From Candidatus Heimdallarchaeota archaeon (GTDB lineage Archaea; Asgardarchaeota; Heimdallarchaeia; Hodarchaeales; Hodarchaeaceae), in NCBI GenBank assembly GCA_019057635.1, contig DXJL01000104.1:1-64000 (forward strand): DNA of 64,000 nt, read 5' to 3'. The position numbers and the translations under genes are program-made. Positions 1 to 9,729 of this stretch are shown piece after piece (position 1 is the first letter of the stretch; each line of letters begins with the position of its first letter). A model generated the notes under the pieces. The model was given only the letters and a program-made list of their open reading frames with translations, was not told where the DNA came from and did not search any database.

Positions 1-2259
1 AACCCTCTGTATTGCATTCAAAATGACTGAGGGAGGGCCTAACGCAGGATGTTCTGCAATAGGACGTGCGCCAAAAGGCCCATCTGGTTGAGGGGTTTCA
101 ATAAAGATACAACTAAATTTCTCTGGCATGTCAGACAGTCGCGGAATCGCATATCTCCGCAGATTGGTTGTTGTCATATTGCCTGATTCATCATAAACAA
201 TTTTTTCTTTTAACGCTTGGCCTATACCTTGCATCACTCCACCGGTGACTTGTCCGCGTGCTAAAGCAGGATTAATTACTTTTCCCGCGTCAAGAGCTGT
301 TACGAAATGTTGAATGCTAATTTCTCCTGTTTTCTTATTGATTTTTATATCAATTCCTTGACTTCCGAACGTCCACTCATAGGGTTGATACTGTCCAGTT
401 TCTAAGTCTGGAAATGTAACATTACGAACAACTGATGAACCAGTAGCCAATATAGGATTACCTACTGTATGCCCATCAGAGTACTGATAGCCACGCACTA
501 ATTCTTTCAGATCTAGAGATTTTTCCTCATAGCTTACCTTGGTACCATCATAAACTATGTCTTTAAGAGTACAGTCCCATACTAAGGCCGCATTTTGCTT
601 AAATTGCATGATAGATTTTTCACACGCAGATATTATTGCATTTCCAACCCGCATTGTGGTCATACTTGCCACTGTTTGCCATTCATAAGGAGTTAATTGC
701 GTATTTATCTCATAATTGATTCTAATATTATTTACTGGAATATGTAACGTTTGAGCCGCAATTTGGGCAAGTACAGTCAAACTACCCTGTCCTAGTTCAA
801 CTCCACCTGTCGAAATATTCACTGTAAGATCTTCATTGAATTTTAGAAAAACATTCGAGGAGGCATTAGCGGCTTGAACTGGAGATTTAATAAGTCCAAC
901 AGCAGCACGCCCATAGAAAAAACTTTCATCTTCAGGAGGGAGAGGTGTTTCATTAAGTTTTGTTATTGTTTGCGTAAAACATTTTCTAATGTCTCCGTTA
1001 TGATCATTGATGATCTGTCCAAGAGAATTTGTATCGCCAGGACGTAGGAAGTTTTTCATTCTTAAATCATCATACTCCATTCCTAACTTTAAGGCTAATT
1101 TCTCCAACAATCGTTCAATCATGAATTGACCTTCGGGATGTCCGTATCCACGGAAAGCTCCGACTGGTGTGGTATTAGTATAAACACCATAAGACTTGAG
1201 ATTACAATTAGGGAAAAAGTACGGCCCCACACAGTTGTGACCAGCAGCTAGCACTACATTACACCCAGTATCCCCGTAAGCTCCATCTGAAAAATATTGT
1301 GTGGCTTCTATCCCGACGAGTGTGCCATCCTTTTTTGCCCCTAGTTTCATGTGACCTTTCATCCCTCGACCCAAAACTGATCCAATGAAAACTTCTTTTC
1401 GAGTTAGCACAAATTTGACATGATAACCTGGAACTAATCTTGCAGCTAATGCAACAAGAGGTTCAATGGTGTAGTCACTTTTTCCTCCAAATCCTCCTCC
1501 TAAGTATGGGATATGGATATGTATCCTCGTCATTTGTTCAATTTTAAAGTAGTTTGCAAGTACTTCACGAAGTACGAATGGTGCTTGGGAACTACTCCAT
1601 AGATGTAGTTCTCCTGTATGGTCCCATCGGGCAATGGCACCGTGAGGTTCAATAGCCGCGTGGTTCATTAGCGGGTAATCAAAACTATCCTCTACTGTAA
1701 CTTCTGCATCCTGGAAAACATATTCATAATCGCCTTTCTTGAGATGGTACTTGTAAAATATATTTGTCTGAGGTTCTGGGACAAATGTAGGGACATGATG
1801 ATATTTACCATTCTGTTCATGAATAAGGGGCGCTTTTTTATCAGCGGCCTCTATTGGATCCAAAATAAAGGGTAATTCTTTAAAGTCCACATCAATATTT
1901 TCAATTGCAGCCAATGCTTGCTTTTCTGTTTCTGCTATAACGACGGCAATTATCTCACCAGCATGTCTTACCTTATCAATAGCTAATGGTGGTTGATCAA
2001 AGATACAGGTTCCCAACAAATGATTTTTATCTAGGTTTAAAGATTTCCCAGTGAATACTTCATGTACTCCTGGCATATCTATGGCTTTAGTTATTTCAAT
2101 TGAATTAATGATAGCATGAGGAACACCAGCCCTCAGCACTTTCATAATTAAAGTTCTAGGAAAACGTAAATCATCAATATAGAGAGCTGTACCTGTAACT
2201 TTTTCATGGCCATCTGCTCGCGGAATACTAGTCCCTACTACATTATTAAACAACTTCAA
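1..2259 (-). CDS. Xanthine dehydrogenase/CoxL-family molybdopterin-binding large subunit (3' end runs off the window)
   Basis: Not in the ORF track. Manual minus-strand translation gives VVGTSIPRADGHEKVTGTALYIDDL, HAAIEPHGAIA, SSQAPF, PYLGGGFGGK, GAFRGYGHPE and AIGRAPKG. TTG start at 2259 or 2253. Confidence 0.9.
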   Translation of the reverse strand, partial: MKLFNNVVGTSIPRADGHEKVTGTALYIDDLRFPRTLIMKVLRAGVPHAIINSIEITKAIDMPGVHEVFTGKSLNLDKNHLLGTCIFDQPPLAIDKVRHAGEIIAVVIAETEKQALAAIENIDVDFKELPFILDPIEAADKKAPLIHEQNGKYHHVPTFVPEPQTNIFYKYHLKKGDYEYVFQDAEVTVEDSFDYPLMNHAAIEPHGAIARWDHTGELHLWSSSQAPFVLREVLANYFKIEQMTRIHIHIPYLGGGFGGKSDYTIEPLVALAARLVPGYHVKFVLTRKEVFIGSVLGRGMKGHMKLGAKKDGTLVGIEATQYFSDGAYGDTGCNVVLAAGHNCVGPYFFPNCNLKSYGVYTNTTPVGAFRGYGHPEGQFMIERLLEKLALKLGMEYDDLRMKNFLRPGDTNSLGQIINDHNGDIRKCFTQTITKLNETPLPPEDESFFYGRAAVGLIKSPVQAANASSNVFLKFNEDLTVNISTGGVELGQGSLTVLAQIAAQTLHIPVNNIRINYEINTQLTPYEWQTVASMTTMRVGNAIISACEKSIMQFKQNAALVWDCTLKDIVYDGTKVSYEEKSLDLKELVRGYQYSDGHTVGNPILATGSSVVRNVTFPDLETGQYQPYEWTFGSQGIDIKINKKTGEISIQHFVTALDAGKVINPALARGQVTGGVMQGIGQALKEKIVYDESGNMTTTNLRRYAIPRLSDMPEKFSCIFIETPQPDGPFGARPIAEHPALGPPSVILNAIQRV

Positions 2260-2657
2260 TTACCAAAAAATATCGGTGTATTCTTGTGTAAAAAATCTTG
2301 TTTCTTCAAGTTCATGAGATTACTAATTCCCTTTGATCATAGGAAAGATGAAAAATTCAAGAAAATGCTTCTCTTAAAATAATTACTAGCTTTTCAATTG
2401 GGTTGTTTTGGATTATGGCATTCACAAATCAAATGAAAATGGGAATAATCAATCTTTCTTCAGGTAAAGTCAATTCTGAAGAAATTTCTTTCAATGATGA
2501 AAGATTTAAGAAATATTTAGGTGGGGAAGGAACCATAATAGAATATCTTTTGAATAATATGCCTACTGATATCGACCCCTTATCTCCTGATAATTATATA
2601 TGCTTTATTACTGGTATATTGAGTGCAACAAAAGTTCCATTTTCTGGTAGGTATACG

Positions 2658-3057
2658 CATACTATAATCTTACCAAAAGTTGTAGCTAAGAACAACTAAG
2701 GGAGGAAAATCGCTGGTATGCGGACAGCGATGATAGGAAGCAAGACTTGACTAACATATGGAAGTAGGGGGAAAGCTCTTTTATTTTTCACCTCGTACAC
2801 GAATCACATTTTACATAACATTCACAGCTAAGTAAACTCTTAATTCATTTTTACAGTCCCATAATACCTTTTCGGGTCAGGAGTGCTGAGTTTTTCTTAT
2901 AATGCATTATGTAATCACTCACCATCTACTTTTTTGATGAATTATTTATAATGTCCTAACTTTTTTCTACTTCCTCTTATCACGGGAACGTGTAAGTTTT
3001 ATACCGTTTTCCTTCCTTCTTTACAATTTTTCCCAACATTTTTTTAGCTGTGAATTA
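2658..3057. mobile_element. Composite insertion inside the AOR gene, flanked by an ACG direct repeat
   Basis: ACG at 2655-2657 and 3058-3060. Removing 403 bp restores SGRYT-VVCKSPLTGG in frame. Confidence 0.8.
2820..3055 (-). mobile_element. MITE (236 bp) with a 12-bp perfect TIR and a 4-bp target duplication
   Basis: ATTCACAGCTAA at 2820-2831 and its reverse complement at 3044-3055. TAAC flanks both sides (2816-2819, 3056-3059). The minus strand has TATAAATA, GGTGA and a 22-codon ORF. Confidence 0.7.
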
Positions 3058-4929
3058 ACGGTTGTTTGTAAATCACCTCTCACAGGCGGTTGGGGTGAAG
3101 CAAATTCAGGAGGCCGTTTTGGATCTGAGCTACGAAAAACAGGATATGATTCGCTCATCATAACAGGAAAAGCCGAACAATTATCAATCATTGTAGTGAC
3201 TGATGATAGAATTGAAATCATAATTGCAAATCAGTTTAAGGGGCTAGATTGTGTTCATACAGAGGACATCTTGAAGGAAGAATATGGTAAAAAAACACAA
3301 ATTGCTAGTATTGGGTTAGCAGAAGAAAATTTAGTATTATTTTCTGGAATTGTTACTGATAAAGGTCGAATTGCCGCTCGGAGTGGAGTAAGCGCTGTTA
3401 TGGGATCGAAAAATCTGAAGGCAGTCGTAGTATGGGGAACTAAATCGATTAAGTCGGCGGATCCTTCAGGTCTCAATGAGTTACGAAAACTGGTCAATAA
3501 GCGGATCAATAAAGGTATTAGTCCACTTATGAAACCTGGACTGAAGGCATCGACAACTTTTGCTCCTTGGATTCGTCGTTTTCGGATAAAGAATTTTGGC
3601 TCAATGAGTCCCAGTAATATGATTATTGAAAGCTATCGACGTTGGGGAACCTGTGCTGGGAGTGCGATTCTTGTAGAAACAGGTGATGCTCCCATTAAAA
3701 ACTGGAAAGGATCATACATTGATTTCCCCTTGAAAAAAAGCTCTAGAATTACTGGGGATAATGTAACCAAATTTCAAGTAAAGAATTATAGTTGTCACAG
3801 CTGTCCTATGGCATGTGGAGGAATAATGAAATACTCAAATGAGCAATTCACTCTTGAAGAAACTCATAAACCTGAGTATGAGACTTTAATCATGCTAGGG
3901 GCAAATTTATTGAATGATGACATCGGAGCAATATATCAATTAAATGATTATTGCAATCGTCAAGGTTTGGATACAATAGCCGCTGGTGCTATCCTAGCTT
4001 TTGTAATAGAAGCGTCAGAAAGCGGAAAAATTCCAAAAGATGAAATGAACGGTTTAAATCCGATTTGGGGTGATCCTAAAGATTATTTATCTTTGTTAAA
4101 ATTGATTACGACGAGAAAAGGGATAGGCGATATACTTGCGGATGGTTTTGCTCGTGCATCAGAACTATATGATACGAATAGTGGAATGCACATCCAAAAC
4201 CAACCTTTACCCGCTCACGACCCTAGATTCTCCAAAAGTATGATTTTACCGTACAGATTGGATCCAGCACCTGGTAGACATACTCCGTTCTCGGAACTAA
4301 TGATTGACCTCACTAAATTTAGTCAAATGTTTCCAGAGATCCCTAAAACCGATCGTTTTTTCAATTTCTATTGTTATCATAAAACTGTATCTTCGCTAGG
4401 GCTGTGTCAGTTCAATTTATTAACAGGAAATTTTCCTGTACTTGAATTCGTAAATTTAGTTATTGGGTTCGACCTCTCAATTGAAGATATTGTGACTATT
4501 GGAGAGAGGATTCTAATTCTAAAACATATATTTAATTTAAGGGAAGGGAAAAATCCTCTTGATTATAAACTACCTGAAAGAGTCTTAGAAAAAGCAGAAC
4601 GAGGGCCAAATAGGGCAATTTCTACTAGTAAGGAAAAAGAATTAATTATGGATTTTCTCGATTCGTTAAATTGGGATACCACTACAACCGTGCCAAATGA
4701 AAAAACGATTGAGGGCACTTGGATTAGATGAATTTATCTAAATCACTGAAATTCCAGTTAGAAAACCTATTCTGATTCGAATTTTCCTCTAATTTTGTCC
4801 TTCATTACATGGTAATGACAGAATGCTTTTGTAATCATCAATTTCTTCTTAGATTTACTTCCTAGATTCATATCGGAGATTTATTTTACAAAATGACGGT
4901 GAACAATTGTAGCTGAAGAAGAATATATT

Positions 4930-5244
4930 GTGATGATCAACAAGCTAAGGGAGAATTTTCTGACAGAAAAAGCCAAGAAAACTTATAGGAAATGGAATAA
5001 AACAATGGCTTTTAATTTAACGGATTTAGATAAAACATTTTACTTTAATATAGAAGCTGGAAATCCTAATGAGCTTATTGAAGGTGATCCAGAGAAAGCG
5101 GATATCAAGATCAGAACAGATTCAGAAACTTGGGTTGGGATCATGAAAGGTGAGATTGGAGGTATGAAAGCATATACTTCCAAGAAACTAAAAGTGAAAG
5201 GAAGAATGCCTGACCTTTTAAAGCTACAAAAGCTAATGAAATAA
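4930..5244 (+). CDS. SCP2 sterol/lipid-binding domain protein
   Basis: ADIKIRTDSETWVGIMKGEIGGMKAYTSKKLKVKGRMPDLLKLQKL matches the SCP2 pattern. The start may lie up to 9 codons further upstream. Confidence 0.85.
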   Translation: MMINKLRENFLTEKAKKTYRKWNKTMAFNLTDLDKTFYFNIEAGNPNELIEGDPEKADIKIRTDSETWVGIMKGEIGGMKAYTSKKLKVKGRMPDLLKLQKLMK

Positions 5245-5291
5245 CTTTTTATTCTTCCCAAAAGGTAATCTGTTAAACTGGTGAATTACTT

Positions 5292-5915
5292 GTGACCGAT
5301 CACGAAAGAAAAGTGTCTTTATGTCTTACCATGAAAGAGCTGTACCAAGAGAAAATACTGACTGATATCGGAGGAAATCTTAGTTTTCGATCTATCGAAG
5401 ATCCTAAAAAGTATTTTTGGATTACTCCTTCAGGTATGAAGAAAGATCTGGTTGAACCTGAGCACCTAATCAAAATGACTATGGACGGTGAAGAAGTAGA
5501 TAGCGATAGTGAACTATCTCCAAGTGTAGAATGGCCTATACATCTTCGTATTTATCAGGAAGACGATGATTTTCAATTCGTAGTCCATTCACACGCACCG
5601 CTTGCTACAGCATTTTCAATTTTAGCGGAACCTCCCAAAATTCCACCGCTTACCGCTGAATTAGGTTTTTTAGTTCCCGAGATCATTATTGTACCGTATC
5701 AACAAAGCGGATCAACAGAATTAGGAGACGCTGTTGCTGAATTATTGTGGGATAGCCAAACTCTTATTCTGGAGAACCACGGTGTTGTTGCGGTTAGTGA
5801 AGACTCGTTTCAGAATGCAGCTATAAAAACACGAGCATTAGAAGAATACCTTCAGCTTTATCTAAATATTAAGAAATTTGGAGAAAAAATTCGTCCTTTT
5901 CCAGGTTTTGATTAG
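5292..5915 (+). CDS. Class II aldolase/adducin family protein
   Basis: GGNLSFR, WITPSG, PSVEWPIH, VVHSH and ILENHGVVA motifs. Confidence 0.9.
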   Translation: MTDHERKVSLCLTMKELYQEKILTDIGGNLSFRSIEDPKKYFWITPSGMKKDLVEPEHLIKMTMDGEEVDSDSELSPSVEWPIHLRIYQEDDDFQFVVHSHAPLATAFSILAEPPKIPPLTAELGFLVPEIIIVPYQQSGSTELGDAVAELLWDSQTLILENHGVVAVSEDSFQNAAIKTRALEEYLQLYLNIKKFGEKIRPFPGFD

Positions 5916-5944
5916 AGTGTGATAAGAAATTGCCATAGTACTAC

Positions 5945-6037
5945 CTTTCTCTTGTTGCTAACCTGCCGGATAGCGGATGTGTGACTCATCCTGTCCAGAA
6001 CTATTTTCCAAATAGTTGTCTGACAAATCTAGTCATG
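5945..6037 (+). mobile_element. Right-end relic of the TnpB/CATG element (tnpB 3' end, putative omegaRNA region and TIR)
   Basis: GGATAGCGGATGTGTGACTCATCCTGTCCAGAACT...GTTGTCTGACAAATCTAGT-CATG is near-identical to the reverse complement of ~31895-31965 and to 49283-49374. No left end found upstream. Confidence 0.85.
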
Positions 6038-6233
6038 TGAATAGTACATTGGTGATATTAGTGGAACTCAAAAAATTCACTCACCGTTACATTTCTACTT
6101 AGGGTTCGAATTTTAGGGAAGATTAACTTCAAGATTTTTATGTTAAATCTAGAAAGTGGAAAAAGTTTTTAGGCCTATTCAGCACTAAAGGACTTAACTT
6201 TTGAAAATTTAATTAGAAAAGGAGAAATTTCTG

Positions 6234-7484
6234 ATGTTGGATATTTTACTCACAGGTAATGAGAAGGAAATTAAATATAAGGTACGAAAAGTCATTAAAA
6301 CCATTCCTCCTTCTATGTTACGAAAGATGGATCAGGAGGAAATTCAATATCCTACGAATTTCATCAAAGATCTAGCTAAGCAAAACCTCCTTGGAGTACG
6401 CTTTCCTGTGGAGTTTGGTGGTTTGGGACTAAGCTGGGTTGCCGAATCAGCTGTTATTGAAGAAGTTGGTGTTCTGGGCCCAGCCCTAGGTTGTCTCTAT
6501 TCTCTTCCAAGTATTGTTGGAGAAGCAATCAATCAATTTGGGACGCAAGAACAGAAACAGAAGTACTTACAACCGATACTAGAAGGAAGACTCTATACCG
6601 CAGAAGCGTTGACTGAGCCTAGAGGGGGATCAGATTTTTTTGGGGCAACATGTAAAGCGGAAAAGCAGGGGGATTCATATATACTCAATGGGCAAAAACG
6701 TTTTGTAGTTGGTGCCGAAGGAGCTGAAATTTTTCTAGTTTACGCAAAAACAGACCTAAAGGCATCAGACCCCAGAGCCTCTATTAGCACTTTTCTTGTA
6801 GAAAGAGTATCTGGTGTAGAAATAAAGCATGTCTATGGTTTGATGGGATCAAGGGGAGGAGGTACTGGTCGTCTTGTTTTTGAAAATGTTGAAATTCCTG
6901 AAGAAAACCTTATAGGTGAGTTAAATGCTGGAGGTGAAATTTTCAATCAAATGATGATTCCAGAACGAATGACTTCCGCTGCTGGTGCTATTGGAGCTGC
7001 ACGTGCTGGTCTTCGAGTTGCTGGTAAATATAGTTCTCGACGTAAAGCATTTGGACGACCTATTCGGAAATTTCAAGCTGTTTCATTCAAAATTGCAGAA
7101 AGCCTAACACTTCTTGATGCAGCGAGTAGTCTCCTCTTTACAACAAGTCGAACAATAGATCAAAATAAAGGGTTAACAAGCGGAGTAATTCGTCGACTGG
7201 TATCTGAAACTAAGAAATTCGCCACTGATTCGGCTTGGAATGTTATAAATCATGCAATGCAAATTCTTGGGGGCATAGGGTATACCAATGTGTATCCAAT
7301 TGAACGTCTTCTAAGAGACATTAGATTAATGAGTATTTGGACCGGTACAAATGAAATTATGAGTTTACTTATCCAGCATGAGTATTATAAGGAAATTCTC
7401 GAATCTGATCCAAACTTGGAGTCAAGGGATGTGGAACATGATGCTACTGGGGCAGAATTTACTGAAGAGAAGGTATATGAATAA
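6234..7484 (+). CDS. Acyl-CoA dehydrogenase
   Basis: ALTEPRGGSD, LNGQKRF, RKAFGRPIRKFQAV, AMQILGGIGY and IWTGTNEI. Confidence 0.95.
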   Translation: MLDILLTGNEKEIKYKVRKVIKTIPPSMLRKMDQEEIQYPTNFIKDLAKQNLLGVRFPVEFGGLGLSWVAESAVIEEVGVLGPALGCLYSLPSIVGEAINQFGTQEQKQKYLQPILEGRLYTAEALTEPRGGSDFFGATCKAEKQGDSYILNGQKRFVVGAEGAEIFLVYAKTDLKASDPRASISTFLVERVSGVEIKHVYGLMGSRGGGTGRLVFENVEIPEENLIGELNAGGEIFNQMMIPERMTSAAGAIGAARAGLRVAGKYSSRRKAFGRPIRKFQAVSFKIAESLTLLDAASSLLFTTSRTIDQNKGLTSGVIRRLVSETKKFATDSAWNVINHAMQILGGIGYTNVYPIERLLRDIRLMSIWTGTNEIMSLLIQHEYYKEILESDPNLESRDVEHDATGAEFTEEKVYE

Positions 7485-7530
7485 TAGAAAATCTTAAGTA
7501 CTCATAAACCAATTCTTTTGTGATTGGGAT

Positions 7531-7830
7531 ATGGATGAGCGCACAAAAAATAATCAAAAGACTCTATACGAGAGCTTTTTTGGTGGAAAAGATTATTCAC
7601 TTAGTGGGCCCATTTTTTATTTAGCCTCGGGTATTATTTGTTTATTTGTTGTATTTGGTCTACTTTTTACCGAGATCTATCTCCCAGATGTCGTTGATAA
7701 TTTCCAATCAATACGTCCTGATATTAGTTTTCCCTTTTTTGGTATATTATTAATTCTATGCATTTCAGGAGGAGTAATTGGAGTCTGTTTCGGTCTTATT
7801 GGGATTTTATGGAGAAATTCAAAAAAATAA
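7531..7830 (+). CDS. Small two-TM membrane protein, unknown function
   Basis: Two long hydrophobic segments; ATG start; co-oriented with its neighbours. Confidence 0.65.
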   Translation: MDERTKNNQKTLYESFFGGKDYSLSGPIFYLASGIICLFVVFGLLFTEIYLPDVVDNFQSIRPDISFPFFGILLILCISGGVIGVCFGLIGILWRNSKK

Positions 7831-7935
7831 TTTATAATCGTCTTTCTCCAGCTGATATTATTCACGAAAAATTCTTTATGACTGTGAAGAGTGCACATAT
7901 ATTGTCTGCTTTACCGACGAATACGTGTGTTAGTA

Positions 7936-9516
7936 ATGGCTATTGTTAGAACCCACCTCATACATCAGGAATATCGTGATTCAGTTCAGTTAATGAGAGC
8001 TGCATCTAGTGTCAGCAAAGAAATTGACGGTGTCAAAATAGCTTCTGTAATGATGGGCACAAAAAAGAATAAACCTTTATTAGAAGAGGTTGGACTCCTC
8101 ACTCCCGAGGCTATTATAGCAGACGCGAATGATATAATTATTTCAATTCGAGCTGACTCGGAAGCAATTGCAGAAGCAGCCATCAGTTTTATCATTGATT
8201 ATCTTTCTCAATCTGTTCAATCCTCTCATGATAGCACATTATTGTACCGGTCTATTCGAGGTGCTCTTACGGGTCTCCCTGATGCAAATTTGGCTGTGAT
8301 TTCAGTTCCAGGAGAATATGCTGCAAGAGATTCTCATATTGCTTTAATGAATGATCTTAATGTTCTTCTTTTTTCTGATAATATCTCTTTAGAAGATGAA
8401 ATTCGATTGAAAAAGGAAGCACATAGTAAAGGCCTTCTATTAATGGGACCAGACTGTGGTACCGCCATGATTAAAAATGTTGGATTGGGTTTCTGTAATA
8501 TAGTAAATCCTGGTTCCATTGGTATTATAGCTGCATCTGGTACAGGAACTCAAGAGGTAATGACATTATGTCATCATCTGAATTTAGGTGTAACACATGC
8601 TATTGGTACAGGATCGAGAGATGTGACGGATACTGTTGGAGGAATCACAATGATAGATGGGTTACATGCTTTAGAAAGGGACACCTCTATTAAACTTATT
8701 ATATTGGTTTCGAAACCTCCAGAAGCAAATACGATGTCCAAAATCGTGAGGGAAATTAGGAATTGTTCGAAACCAGTTATCATAAACTTTCTCGGTAAAC
8801 ACCACGGATATTGTGATTTTCCAAATAAATCTGTGACTGTTGATACACTTGAAGAAGCAGCTTACACTGCAGCAACGTTTATACAGTCAGGTAAGTTAAC
8901 ACGAACAACTATTCAGTTCGAAGATGAAGTGAAAGTAGTAAATTCCCTAAGAGAAGCAAAACAACGTCTCCATCCTGATCAAAAATTTATTCGAGGACTG
9001 TTCGCTGGAGGCACTTTCACCTTTGAAGCAGCTCAGATCATCAGAGATCTGTTATTAACAAAGGATTCACTCTATACCAATGTCCACCTTGATGGGACAC
9101 GGATTATTGAAAATGTTAAGACAAGTCAAGGTAATACTCTGATTGATATGGGAGCAGATGAGTTTACACTTGGTAAACCTCATCCTATGATTGATCAAAC
9201 TGAGCGTACTCAGCGATTTTTGAAAGAAATTAATGATCCTGAAACAGCTGTGATTCTACTGGATTTTGTACTAGGGTACGGATCCCATCCTGATCCAGTC
9301 CTTGATATGGAAGATGCATTTCTCCAATGGAAAAAGAATGACAGGTTCATTCCTATTGTAGCACATGTTTGCGGTACACCTTTAGATCCACAGGATTATA
9401 ACAATTCTCTCAATCGATTGGCGTCTCATGGTATAATTACAATGCCTACTAATGCTCAAGCAGCAAAATTAGCTGCTTTAATCGCCTTAAAGAAAGATAA
9501 AACTGAAATAAAATAA
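7936..9516 (+). CDS. fdrA: FdrA/AllF-family protein (succinyl-CoA synthetase-like; oxamate carbamoyltransferase subunit)
   Basis: YRDSVQLM, ISVPGEYAA, FSDNI, LLMGPDCGTA, ASGTGTQE, GLFAGGT, DEFTLGKPHPMID and LGYGSHPDP. ATG at 7936 chosen over GTG at 7891. Confidence 0.9.
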   Translation: MAIVRTHLIHQEYRDSVQLMRAASSVSKEIDGVKIASVMMGTKKNKPLLEEVGLLTPEAIIADANDIIISIRADSEAIAEAAISFIIDYLSQSVQSSHDSTLLYRSIRGALTGLPDANLAVISVPGEYAARDSHIALMNDLNVLLFSDNISLEDEIRLKKEAHSKGLLLMGPDCGTAMIKNVGLGFCNIVNPGSIGIIAASGTGTQEVMTLCHHLNLGVTHAIGTGSRDVTDTVGGITMIDGLHALERDTSIKLIILVSKPPEANTMSKIVREIRNCSKPVIINFLGKHHGYCDFPNKSVTVDTLEEAAYTAATFIQSGKLTRTTIQFEDEVKVVNSLREAKQRLHPDQKFIRGLFAGGTFTFEAAQIIRDLLLTKDSLYTNVHLDGTRIIENVKTSQGNTLIDMGADEFTLGKPHPMIDQTERTQRFLKEINDPETAVILLDFVLGYGSHPDPVLDMEDAFLQWKKNDRFIPIVAHVCGTPLDPQDYNNSLNRLASHGIITMPTNAQAAKLAALIALKKDKTEIK

Positions 9517-9529
9517 GAGATGTAAGGTT

Positions 9530-9703
9530 ATGACGAAGAAAATTGATGAATTAGTAAAAGATGGGCCAGTGGTAATAAATATCGGATTACGTTCTTTTTT
9601 TGAGGCATCTAAAACTCAAGGTATCCCAGTAGTTCATATTAAATGGGAACCACCAGCAAGGGGTAATCGTGAGCTCCTACATTTATTGGATAAGCTGCTC
9701 TAA
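9530..9703 (+). CDS. FdrA C-terminal-domain small protein (57 aa)
   Basis: Below the ORF-track cutoff. MTKKIDELVKDGPVVINIGLRSFFEASKTQGIPVVHIKWEPPARGNRELLHLLDKLL resembles the C-terminal segment of enterobacterial FdrA (VINIGLRSF...W.P...GN..L..LL). Confidence 0.85.
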   Translation: MTKKIDELVKDGPVVINIGLRSFFEASKTQGIPVVHIKWEPPARGNRELLHLLDKLL

Positions 9704-9729
9704 TCTACTTTACTAGCTAACATACAAGT

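Larger units (their letters stand above)
2415..4741 (+). pseudogene. Tungsten aldehyde:ferredoxin oxidoreductase (AOR family), interrupted by a 403-bp insertion and frameshifted near the C-terminus
   Basis: The 5' part (YLGGEG...DPLSPDN...PFSGRYT, to 2657) continues at 3061 as VVCKSPLTGGWGEANSGG. It also has GSKNLKA, CHSCPMAC and GLDTI. An extra A in the A6 run at 4700-4705 hides the typical end KRLRALGLDEFI* (TAA at 4739-4741). Usually conserved motifs are altered (IGLAEEN for IGPAGEN). Exact start uncertain. Confidence 0.85.

Noticed and set aside
2651-3047. Apparent spliceosomal-type intron in the AOR gene: AG|GTATAC donor, CTAAC near 2956, long pyrimidine tract and TTTTAG| acceptor; removal gives an open frame (SGSCELTVVCK).
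   Set aside because: Splicing would destroy the conserved SGR motif and add two residues. The AG lies inside the MITE TIR, an ACG-flanked insertion restores the motif exactly, and the gene has other lesions. No spliceosome is known in archaea. RT-PCR across the junction would settle it.
2655-3060. Group I or group II intron as the explanation for the AOR insertion.
   Set aside because: No placement gives both an exon-terminal U and an intron-terminal G, and there is no GUGYG start or domain V-like hairpin.
4751-4765. TTCCAGTTAGAAA resembling a mini-ORB.
   Set aside because: A single isolated copy about 52 kb from cdc6, with no G-string.
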